Positions 1-8,515 of a DNA stretch of 64,000 bases are shown here, piece by piece. The notes below the pieces were generated by a model. That model was not told where the DNA came from, searched no databases, and worked only from the letters and a program-made list of their open reading frames with translations. Numbering within the stretch: position 1 is the first letter of the stretch; each line of letters begins with the position of its first letter. The stretch comes from Gemmatimonadota bacterium (lineage in GTDB: Bacteria; Gemmatimonadota; Gemmatimonadetes; Palauibacterales; KS3-K002), in contig JBDHJS010000003.1 of the NCBI GenBank assembly GCA_039586795.1, positions 32,001 to 96,000 on the forward strand. The letters run 5' to 3'. Position numbers and translations under genes: made by a program.

Positions 1-1074
1 AACGAGCTCCAGCCGCGATTTTCCGGTGGGGAGCGCCTCGATCGCCGCCGAATCCGCGCTCTCGATGACGTCGCGAGATTCGGCGAGCGCTTCATCGTCC
101 AGCGCCAGCACCCAGAAGTTGATGGGCTCGTCGATATTGAACGAGTCCGCCGAACGCTGCGGTAGAAAAGCAGACAGCTGAAGGTCCTTCTGGCTTTCCC
201 CCTCCGGAAAACGAATCTGCGTCAGCCGCGCGTTGGTCAGGGGATCCGTGAACTCATAGCGAATGTCACGTGGCAGACCGACAGCCAGCAGGCGAAAGGC
301 ATTGGCGTCGCCGGTGAAGCGCTCCAGCCGCAAGTCGTATACGGCCTGGCCACCCAGGTCAGCCTCCTGCGAGAACTGAACCGACTGCACCGAGACGATG
401 TTGGCCGAAGCATCCTTCTCGAGGAAGATTTTTTTCTCCTCGATCTTGTCGGCGTAGTTGACCGAAACGACGACTTCCTCGACGTCCCGCAGCAACCGGA
501 AGCTGACGACCGCCGGTTCGCCCACGCGCATGACCGGTATGTGGTGTTCGTAGGGTCTGGAGATGATAGCTCCGTCTATGCCGGGATCCGCCTTGAGACT
601 GACATATACGTTGCTGATCTCGTCGGGCTTTAGGCTCTCGAGCAGCTCTTGCTCGATGAGCTCAGACAGCTGCGCCGATTCGACACCACCACCCGTAGTA
701 TTTCGAAGTGTGAGTCGTACGTAACTCTTACCATCCGCTGCGCGGCTCTTCACCGCCCGTTCGATCGTCACGTGTGGCGAAGCGAAGATCACAGCCAGCG
801 ATTGCTGCAGGTAGTTCACCCGCGCTCGTTCGAACGCCTGTCTCATCTCGGAGAGCTCTTGTTCCGAGATGAGACCGTTCTCGAACAACTGCACCGCACG
901 GTCGTGATCCCCGGCGGCTCTCTCGTACTCCGCCTGAGCGCGAACCAGACCGAGAATGCGATACTGATCATCGCGGGGGTTATAGGCGCTCTGAATGACT
1001 TGAGCATCGAGCGCACGCGGCGCGGCCAATACCAGGCCCGCCAACAGTCCGATTAACAGCGGCAGCCTTTTCAT
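1..1074 (-). CDS. Secreted/periplasmic ABC-transporter accessory protein (partial, runs off the window start)
   Basis: Not in the ORF track; translated by hand from ATG at 1074 (ATGA overlap with the permease stop): MKRLPLLIGLLAGLVLAAPRALDAQ... signal peptide, then an alpha-hairpin-like AEYERA..LFENGLISEQEL segment and beta-rich domains. The frame is open to position 1. Confidence 0.8.
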   Translation of the reverse strand, partial: MKRLPLLIGLLAGLVLAAPRALDAQVIQSAYNPRDDQYRILGLVRAQAEYERAAGDHDRAVQLFENGLISEQELSEMRQAFERARVNYLQQSLAVIFASPHVTIERAVKSRAADGKSYVRLTLRNTTGGGVESAQLSELIEQELLESLKPDEISNVYVSLKADPGIDGAIISRPYEHHIPVMRVGEPAVVSFRLLRDVEEVVVSVNYADKIEEKKIFLEKDASANIVSVQSVQFSQEADLGGQAVYDLRLERFTGDANAFRLLAVGLPRDIRYEFTDPLTNARLTQIRFPEGESQKDLQLSAFLPQRSADSFNIDEPINFWVLALDDEALAESRDVIESADSAAIEALPTGKSRLELV

Positions 1075-2525
1075 CGCACATCGTACCTGTTAAAGCCGAC
1101 AATACCAATTACCAGGAAGACGACCCCAAAGCCGAACAGCAGGCCGAGTCGCGGAAGGACGGCAACGACGCGTGGCCCCAATGGCTCCGGTTGGTAGACG
1201 AAATCCGGCGCACCGGAGAGATCCACGTGTGCGTTCGCCCAGTTCGCTGTTGGGTCAACGGTTCGAAGCGAATCGTACAACGCGTCGATCCATGGCCGGA
1301 GCACGTTCTGGCCGAACACTTCGCTCTGCTCTTCGAGCCGTTGGTCGGCACGCAAGCCGGTCTCGGTCAGCTGGAGAGCCGCATATACGAACGTGGGATA
1401 CGGCGACACCGATGAGACGGTTTCGGTGGTTCGCCGTTGCGCGTCCTGTCTGACCTGGAAGTCTGCTTGAAGCGCCTCGATGGCTTCACGCTGAATCCGG
1501 TTCCCGTCCTCGATCGCCTGTCTGCTGAGCTGGCTCAGGGTATCCAGAACAGCGTTCAACCTGGCGTCCGCTTCTCGGGCTGCCTGCCGTTCCTCACTGC
1601 CCAGAGCGAAGTAGCCCTGCAGTTCCGGATGGCGAGCCCGGACCGGAGCCTGATACTCGTTGGCCAGCTGACTCACGAGTTGATCGCGTTCCGTGTCGCC
1701 CATCACCCGAACTCGTCTCTGTAGCTCGGTCACGCTGGGCGTCGGTCTAACGGTCGCCGCGACATACGGGCTCACGTTAGGGACGATCAGTATGAGGGCC
1801 GCCCAAGCGCCAAGCGACACGACCAGCGATGTCCGAGCGGTGCGGGTCAAAGTGGAAATCATCACGCCGAGGCAGACGAAGGCGAGCACATAGAGCGCCG
1901 CCGCTAGTCCGAGGATGAACGCGGCGCCCCACTCGACAGCCGACCAGCCGAGGTTGGGTGAAGCGGCGATCAGGACGGCGCCGGCAAGCAATCCAGCGAC
2001 GAGGGGAACGATGAGCGCGACGAAGCGGCCTGCAACCTTGCCAAGGACCAGTCCGGCGCGTGGGAGGTCGTAGGCCATCAACAGTTTGAGCGTGCCGTCT
2101 TCTCTTTCCCCACTCAGCGCATCATGAGCGAACAGCAGGGCGAGCAAGCTGAAGAGCACACCCACTATGACGGTGAAGTCAGGTAACGGGTACGCCACCG
2201 CGAGGGGGTCGTTGTCGAACGATTCCAGATTCGCGTTCTGCTCCAGTCCCCTCACCACGGCCGTCATCGGGTTGGGGCGCTGTGGCAACGACCAGGCGCC
2301 GAAGCGATTCAGGTGCCCGTACTGTCTCAGCGACTGATCTCGCTCAGCAGTGGCTACGCCGTAGTCCTCGAGCTCTCGCGCGTAGCTACGAGCCAGGACA
2401 CCAATCGTCGCGGAGACGAGCCCAAAAACGATGATGGCAGCGACCAGGAAGCGACCGGTTACGAACAGTTCGCGGCACTCCTTCACCGCCACCAATCTCC
2501 AGGAAAACGCGTTCTGATTTCTCAT
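1071..2525 (-). CDS. ABC-2 type transporter permease
   Basis: N-terminal KE.RE motif plus TM; D.lsGERE.GTLKLL motif; multiple TMs; C-terminal F.RYDVR. Confidence 0.9.
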   Translation of the reverse strand: MRNQNAFSWRLVAVKECRELFVTGRFLVAAIIVFGLVSATIGVLARSYARELEDYGVATAERDQSLRQYGHLNRFGAWSLPQRPNPMTAVVRGLEQNANLESFDNDPLAVAYPLPDFTVIVGVLFSLLALLFAHDALSGEREDGTLKLLMAYDLPRAGLVLGKVAGRFVALIVPLVAGLLAGAVLIAASPNLGWSAVEWGAAFILGLAAALYVLAFVCLGVMISTLTRTARTSLVVSLGAWAALILIVPNVSPYVAATVRPTPSVTELQRRVRVMGDTERDQLVSQLANEYQAPVRARHPELQGYFALGSEERQAAREADARLNAVLDTLSQLSRQAIEDGNRIQREAIEALQADFQVRQDAQRRTTETVSSVSPYPTFVYAALQLTETGLRADQRLEEQSEVFGQNVLRPWIDALYDSLRTVDPTANWANAHVDLSGAPDFVYQPEPLGPRVVAVLPRLGLLFGFGVVFLVIGIVGFNRYDVR

Positions 2526-3784
2526 CGAATGTCATACCGGCTTATAGCCACAAAGAGGGTGGTAATCGCGATCGCGCCGGCGAGCACTATGGCTCCGATG
2601 TCGGCGCCGGCCGCCGCCAGAGTGTCGGCTAGGGACATGCGACGCGGGGTGAACGCCGGATACGTTGGCTCAATATCACGCATTCTATAGCTGAACAGAT
2701 CGGGGAGAATCGCGTTCTTGTATCGCCGCACCTCTAGTTTCAGTTGCGCTTCGTGTGCGACGGAGGTGCCTAATACGCCAGTCGAAACGACGTCGAAGGC
2801 GCCGGCCGGGGACAGCCGCACGAGAGCGGCCGAGGTCCGCGCCAATGCGCCCAGCTCGCCCGCCACGCGCTCGCTCACCATGTCGCCCTGCCGGTGCATC
2901 TCGCCCCAAGCCGCTTCGAACGGCGAGCTGCTAGGGTCCGCGTTGCTCGCCTCGAAAGCCTTCATCATCTCGCTGCCGAAGATTCGCCAGCGCTCCGCCG
3001 ATACCAGGCCGAGAGGTTGTACGTGCGCCAACTGTCGAGCGACGAGCACGCTCGAGCTTGGAATGACGAAAACGAGGAGCACCCAGGCGAAAAGCGTGGC
3101 GACCAGAGCCGTGGATGCGCGATGGAACAGAGCGGAAAGAGCAACGGCGATGGTGTAGCACACAGCGAGGTAGATGGAACCCAGCCCCAAGAAGACGGCC
3201 AGGCGAGCCCAGTCATCACCTGAGAGGGCAAGTCCGAACAATGGGCGCAACAGAATGAGCCATAGCGCGGCGGCGATCGCGACGGGGACGAAGAAGGCCA
3301 GCCAACCACCGAGCCACTTGCCGGCCGCGATTTCACCGCGTGATGCTCCGTTCGCGACCATCAACTTCAATGTACCGCGTTCTTTCTCCGAGCAGATGAG
3401 GTCGAACCCGAATAGGAAGGCGATTAGCGCGAACACTACGCGGAACAGATACAGCCAGTCGGGCGTCGGGAATAGCCCAAACAGTGGATTGGCGGAGGCC
3501 TGGCTGCCGCCGATTTCTACATTGATCACGCTGATCTCGAAGCTACGGCCCATGGCATCGTCCAGGCCGCGCGCGAAGACAGAGAGCGGGTTGGGCGGCG
3601 CCACGGCCACCGATTGGTCCTGACTTGGTCGTATCAAATCGTAGTTCTCGCGACGCGTGTCGTAGTCACGATCCATCACATAGAGACCGGTGCCCAGCAA
3701 CAGAACGGCGATGACGAAGAGCAACGCCGACCGCCCGGTTGTGAGCGACTCGAGAACTTCGCGTCGCGCGATTGCCCAGATCAT
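2522..3784 (-). CDS. ABC-2 type transporter permease (paralog)
   Basis: IARRE start, D.IcsEKERGTLKLM motif, C-terminal RYDIR; translationally coupled to its neighbours. Confidence 0.9.
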   Translation of the reverse strand: MIWAIARREVLESLTTGRSALLFVIAVLLLGTGLYVMDRDYDTRRENYDLIRPSQDQSVAVAPPNPLSVFARGLDDAMGRSFEISVINVEIGGSQASANPLFGLFPTPDWLYLFRVVFALIAFLFGFDLICSEKERGTLKLMVANGASRGEIAAGKWLGGWLAFFVPVAIAAALWLILLRPLFGLALSGDDWARLAVFLGLGSIYLAVCYTIAVALSALFHRASTALVATLFAWVLLVFVIPSSSVLVARQLAHVQPLGLVSAERWRIFGSEMMKAFEASNADPSSSPFEAAWGEMHRQGDMVSERVAGELGALARTSAALVRLSPAGAFDVVSTGVLGTSVAHEAQLKLEVRRYKNAILPDLFSYRMRDIEPTYPAFTPRRMSLADTLAAAGADIGAIVLAGAIAITTLFVAISRYDIR

Positions 3785-4500
3785 GCTACCGCCTCCACTT
3801 CCATGTAGTCGAGGTAGAGCCGCTCGAGATCCTCTTCGGCAAGCTCTTCCCGGGTGCGCAGCATGACCAACCGCCCCTCCTTCATGATGCCAACGCGATC
3901 TGCATGTTCTTTTGCGCGGAAGAGGTCATGCGTGCTCATGAAGATCGCCTTGCCGTCGTCCCTCAACTCACCCAGCAATGCCATGAGCTCTGCGGCGGCT
4001 TTGGGATCGAGTCCGGAAGTCGGCTCGTCCAGGAGCACAGCCGGCGAATCTTTCACGATCGCGATCGCTATCCCCAGTTTCTGCCGCATGCCTTTGGAGA
4101 ACTGTTTGACGCGCTGTTCGAACGCCTTCTCCTGAAGCCCGACGCGCCGCAAGACCATGTAATAGTCATCGCGCGAAAGGTCTTGCCGGCCGCTCAAACG
4201 AGCGAAGAAGTCGAGGTTCTGCCTTGCGGTGAAATTGCCGTACAGCATGACGTTTTCCGACACGTAGGCGACGTGCTTCTTCGCAGCCAGCGGATCGCAG
4301 GCCACCTCGAAACCATTGATGTGCGCCGCTCCGTCGGTCGGGGGAATGAAGTCCAGGAACAGATTGATCGTCGTCGTCTTTCCAGCTCCGTTCGCGCCGA
4401 GCAAACAGAACGTCTCACCGGCCTCGACCTTAAGGTTCAGGTGATCGAGAGCGAGGAGGCCGTCCTCGTAGCGCTTGGTCAGATCGATCGCTTCTAGCAT
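3781..4500 (-). CDS. ABC transporter ATP-binding protein
   Basis: Walker A GANGAGKTT, signature FSKGMRQK, Walker B LLDEP, H-loop STH. Confidence 0.97.
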   Translation of the reverse strand: MLEAIDLTKRYEDGLLALDHLNLKVEAGETFCLLGANGAGKTTTINLFLDFIPPTDGAAHINGFEVACDPLAAKKHVAYVSENVMLYGNFTARQNLDFFARLSGRQDLSRDDYYMVLRRVGLQEKAFEQRVKQFSKGMRQKLGIAIAIVKDSPAVLLDEPTSGLDPKAAAELMALLGELRDDGKAIFMSTHDLFRAKEHADRVGIMKEGRLVMLRTREELAEEDLERLYLDYMEVEAVA

Positions 4501-4558
4501 AGGGTCCCTCGGTTGCCGTCAGATTTGTCCGGGTTCAGCGTTCGTGCTGATTCAGTAA

Positions 4559-4573
4559 GCGAGGTGCGTGCCA
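4559..4573 (-). promoter_or_regulatory. Putative sigma54 -24/-12 promoter of the ABC operon
   Basis: Minus strand reads TGGCACGCACCTCGC (GG-N10-GC), about 60 bp upstream of the ATPase start. Confidence 0.7.
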
Positions 4574-4656
4574 AGATGGCGGCGGCCGGCCCTCGTCGTA
4601 ATGCTTTATTGTATATAGACTTACGGTGACCACCCGCGGCGCCGACATCGGCAACT

Positions 4657-4672
4657 GGGTAACAGGTTACCC
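4657..4672. promoter_or_regulatory. Inverted repeat, candidate enhancer (UAS)
   Basis: GGGTAAC-AG-GTTACCC perfect palindrome about 85 bp upstream of the sigma54 site; an AT-rich tract (4601-4624) lies in between. Confidence 0.55.
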
Positions 4673-4821
4673 GTCAGGGCGCCGTCGACGGGTCATCCGA
4701 TACTCAGAGGTCGGGGCGTAGTGAGCTCGACAGTTGGGTGGTAGGGGAGGGTTGAACAAACTAGATTCGGTGTGCCACTTCACTCGGAAGTAAGACGAAC
4801 AGACCTGTCTCTAGTGAGAGA

Positions 4822-6618
4822 ATGATGAAACTCAAGCCAGCCGTCGTGTTCTCTTTGCTGCTGTTTGCTGGGTACATCTTGTCCGGTTGCGACACCGACA
4901 TGCAGCACGAGGTCGAGGATTACATCTCACGATACAACGAGCGGATGCAGGGTTTGTACTACGAGTCATCCAAGGCGGAGTGGGCATCGAACACTCATAT
5001 CGTCGAGGGTGACACGACCAACGCCGCGCGAACGCGTGCCGCCAACGAAGCATTGGCAGAGTTCGTCGGCAGTCCAGAGAACATCGAACGCATCCGGCAC
5101 TTCCTCGACAATCGGGACCGGCTGACCGAGCTCGAGGTACGCCAGCTCGAGGTAATGCTGTTTGCGGCGGCAAACCAACCGGGTACCGAGCCGGAGCTGG
5201 TCGCGAATCGTATCGCGGCGGAGACCAGACAAGTTGAGACGCTGTTCGGTTTCGATTTCAAGCTGGACGGTCGATCCATAACGCCAAACGAAATCGACGG
5301 GCTTCTGCGAAGTAGCGATGACCTGCGCGAGCGCCTGGCCGTTTGGGAGTCTTCGAAGGAGGTTGGCCCGGTACTCAAACCGGGGATCATCGAGCTTCAA
5401 CGGTTGCGGAACGAGACGGTTCGAGCCCTGGGCTACTCCGATTTCTTCGCTTATCAGGTATCCGAATACGGAATGAGCAGCGAAGAGATGCTGGAGATGA
5501 CGGGCACGCTGATAGAGCAGCTTCAGCCCTTATATCGAGAGTTGCACACCTGGGCGCGCTACGAGCTGGCGGAACGCTACGGCGAGCCGGTACCGGACAT
5601 GATACCCGCCCATTGGCTGCCCAACCGGTGGGCTCAGGACTGGACGGCACTGGTGAGCGTGGAGGGCCTCGACCTGGACGCCTCGTTGAGTGAGAAGTCG
5701 CCCGAGTGGATCGTCGAGCAAGGCGAGCAATTCTATGTCAGCCTGGGCTTCGATGAGCTGCCGGGCAGTTTTTACGAGCTGTCATCTCTGTACCCGTTGG
5801 AACCGGGAGCTGACTATAAGAAGAACACCCACGCGTCGGCATGGCACATGGACCTAGACACCGACGTGCGCTCGCTGATGAGCGTGGAGACGAACTCGTA
5901 CTGGTGGGAAACCGTCCTGCACGAGCTTGGACACGTCTACTACTTCATGAGCTACACGAATCCCGATGTGCCGCTGGTCCTACGCGAAGGCGCCAATCGC
6001 GCCTACCACGAAGGGATCGGCAGCCTCATCGGGCTCGCCTCGATGCAACGCAGCTTCCTGGTAAATCGTGGGCTTGTGGAGGCTGACGTGGAGGTCGATC
6101 AGGTCGCCCAACTGCTGCAGGAGGCACTCAACTACGTAGTGTTCATCCCGTTCTCCGCCGGCGTGATGACGCGGTTCGAGCACGCGCTGTACGCCGAGGA
6201 GCTACCCGCCGATCAACTCAACGCCCGGTGGTGGGACCTGGTGGCGGAGTATCAGGGCGTCGTGCCGCCCAATCCACGTGGCGAAGATCATGCAGACGGG
6301 CTAACGAAGACACATATCAATGACGATGCGGGTCAGTACTATGACTACGCATTGGCGAACGCGCTGCTGTTCCAATTGCACGATCACATCGCGAGGGAAC
6401 TCCTCGAACAGGACCCTTACGACACGGACTATTGGGGCTCCAGAGAAGTCGGCGAGTTCCTCCACGAACTGATGGCGCCAGGCGCGAGCCGGCCATGGCG
6501 CGAGGTGCTACAGCAAACGACCGGTCGCGAACTCGATGCTCAGGCGATGGTGGAGTACTTCCAGCCGTTATACGAATGGCTGGTAGAACAGAATCGCGGG
6601 CGGCGGCACAGCATATAA
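4822..6618 (+). CDS. M2-family metallopeptidase (peptidyl-dipeptidase A / ACE-like), lipoprotein
   Basis: HELGH zinc motif, downstream GANRAYHEGIG, IPAHWL and THASAW motifs; lipobox LSGC. Confidence 0.93.
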   Translation: MMKLKPAVVFSLLLFAGYILSGCDTDMQHEVEDYISRYNERMQGLYYESSKAEWASNTHIVEGDTTNAARTRAANEALAEFVGSPENIERIRHFLDNRDRLTELEVRQLEVMLFAAANQPGTEPELVANRIAAETRQVETLFGFDFKLDGRSITPNEIDGLLRSSDDLRERLAVWESSKEVGPVLKPGIIELQRLRNETVRALGYSDFFAYQVSEYGMSSEEMLEMTGTLIEQLQPLYRELHTWARYELAERYGEPVPDMIPAHWLPNRWAQDWTALVSVEGLDLDASLSEKSPEWIVEQGEQFYVSLGFDELPGSFYELSSLYPLEPGADYKKNTHASAWHMDLDTDVRSLMSVETNSYWWETVLHELGHVYYFMSYTNPDVPLVLREGANRAYHEGIGSLIGLASMQRSFLVNRGLVEADVEVDQVAQLLQEALNYVVFIPFSAGVMTRFEHALYAEELPADQLNARWWDLVAEYQGVVPPNPRGEDHADGLTKTHINDDAGQYYDYALANALLFQLHDHIARELLEQDPYDTDYWGSREVGEFLHELMAPGASRPWREVLQQTTGRELDAQAMVEYFQPLYEWLVEQNRGRRHSI

Positions 6619-6712
6619 CTCTCTACATCAAACGATCGCGCAACGCCGCGCTTGCCAATCCTGCCGCCAGTCCTGACCTTAGTGTCAGTTCCCACCGGCA
6701 GGAGGTGGCACC

Positions 6713-8476
6713 ATGTTCCCACAGCGGATCCCACGGGTTCTGGCATTATCAGGAATAGTTCTTCTCGCATCGCTCGCCTGCAACGGCGATGACGGTACCG
6801 GACCACCGACAGTCGTCACCGTCGATTTGAGGCCCGACTCCGCCCAGGTGCAAGCCGGAGCGACCTTCCAGTTCACGGCAACGGCGCTTAACAGCGTGGG
6901 CGACCCGATACAGGGCGTCACCTTCACCTGGACGACGGGAGACCCGAGCTTAGCCACCGTGGACGACAACGGACTCGCTACCGGCGTAGTCATGGGCGTA
7001 ACCAGCGTGCGAGCAACGGCGAGCGGCGTGTTCGACGCGAGTGTGCTGTCGGTAGTTCCGAACGCGAACCGCGACCTTCCGGACGACAACTTCCTGGACA
7101 ACAACGGAGACGGCATCGACGGCGAGATAGCCCGAGCGATCTTCGTCGCGCCAGCCGGATCGGACGCCAACCCGGGCACGATGGAACAGCCGAAGCGATC
7201 GATCACGAGCGCGATTGCCGCGGTTGTCGCGGACGGCACCAAGAGCGAGGTCTACGTTGCCGCGGGGACGTACAGCGAGACCATCGAACTGGTGGAAGGC
7301 GTGTCGATCTATGGCGGCTACAGCGCGACAAGTTGGAGCCGGTCATTCACCAACGTGGCGACGATAGAAGGCGATACGATCGCCATGTCCGGGACATCGA
7401 TCACGCAGGCTATGGTCATCGACCTGTTGACCGTGGAGTCGGCAGACAACACTACAGGGGCCGGCAACTCGACGGGCATCTATCTGGCGGACTCGGAAGG
7501 AATATCGCTGCGCAACCTGACGATCGTGGCAGGGAATGGCGGCAACGGTTCGGCGGGAACGAACGGTTTGCAAGGCAGACTGGGGAATGACGGCGCACCT
7601 GGCGCGATAACCGCGGGAGGCGCCGGCGGCGACACCGTGATGGTCGGGGGGATCGCGAGCGGTAAGGGCGGCGACGGCGGGAACGGCGCGGCGACGATCA
7701 CGCTGGCCGGAGGCAACGGCGGCGACGGGCTGCCACAGCCGGGCGGCGGCATGGGCGGCAACGGCGGACCGGTACCCGACCCCAACCCGGATAACTGCGG
7801 GATCGACGGTTTCGGCGGAGATCTCGGCACGGCGGGCGCGGGCGGATTGGACGGGTCGCCAGGCGCCGGCGGCGACGGTCAGGGCACCGTTCTGGGCGGC
7901 TACTGGCTGGGAAGCCGGGGCGACGATGGTACAGTGGGGACGCCGGGCTTCGGCGGCGGCGCCGGTGGCGGTGGTTCGGCGGGTCGCGAACCCACCTGCC
8001 AGGCCATCCCGGGCGGTGGTGGCGGCGGTGGCGGTAGCGGCGGCCAGGTCGGCGACGAGGGCGGCGGCGGTGGCGGCGGCGGCGGTTCGTTCGGCGTGTT
8101 CGCCTTCAACTCCAGCGTGACCATCGAGAACAGCACGATCACCGCAGGCGACGGCGGCACGGGTGGCGCCGGCGGCACCGGCGGCCCGGGCGGCCCAGGT
8201 GGAGCGGGCGGTATCGGTTCGAACGGCGACGTGGGTCAGGCCGGGATGGTCGGCGGGCGCGGCGGCGATGGCGGCGCGGGCGGAGCCGGAGGCGATGGTG
8301 GCGTAGGCGGTGGTGGCGGTGGCGGTATCTCTTACGCGGTGTATTCGACGGGCACGAGCGGCGTGACCCTCGATGCGCAGACGACGCTCACCGCCGGCAC
8401 CGGCGGAGCAGGCGGAGCGGCGCCTGGCACGGGCAACGACGGAGCTCAGGGCGACAGCGGCGAGAAGAACTTCTAG
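6713..8476 (+). CDS. Surface lipoprotein with Ig-like domain, DUF1565-like domain and long Gly-rich (PGRS-like) region
   Basis: Lipobox SLAC; Ig-like VTFTWTTGDPSLATVDDNGLATGV; FVAPAGSDANPGT..P.RSI..AI; VYVAAGTY; GGxGGxG repeats. Confidence 0.85.
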   Translation: MFPQRIPRVLALSGIVLLASLACNGDDGTGPPTVVTVDLRPDSAQVQAGATFQFTATALNSVGDPIQGVTFTWTTGDPSLATVDDNGLATGVVMGVTSVRATASGVFDASVLSVVPNANRDLPDDNFLDNNGDGIDGEIARAIFVAPAGSDANPGTMEQPKRSITSAIAAVVADGTKSEVYVAAGTYSETIELVEGVSIYGGYSATSWSRSFTNVATIEGDTIAMSGTSITQAMVIDLLTVESADNTTGAGNSTGIYLADSEGISLRNLTIVAGNGGNGSAGTNGLQGRLGNDGAPGAITAGGAGGDTVMVGGIASGKGGDGGNGAATITLAGGNGGDGLPQPGGGMGGNGGPVPDPNPDNCGIDGFGGDLGTAGAGGLDGSPGAGGDGQGTVLGGYWLGSRGDDGTVGTPGFGGGAGGGGSAGREPTCQAIPGGGGGGGGSGGQVGDEGGGGGGGGGSFGVFAFNSSVTIENSTITAGDGGTGGAGGTGGPGGPGGAGGIGSNGDVGQAGMVGGRGGDGGAGGAGGDGGVGGGGGGGISYAVYSTGTSGVTLDAQTTLTAGTGGAGGAAPGTGNDGAQGDSGEKNF

Positions 8477-8515
8477 ATGAAAGCGAGCTCACGGTGAGCC
8501 GTAGGCGATCACACA

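Noticed and set aside
7530..8470. GGC-rich repeats as a CRISPR array or non-coding tandem repeat
   Set aside because: They are Gly codons within an ORF; there is no fixed repeat-spacer period.
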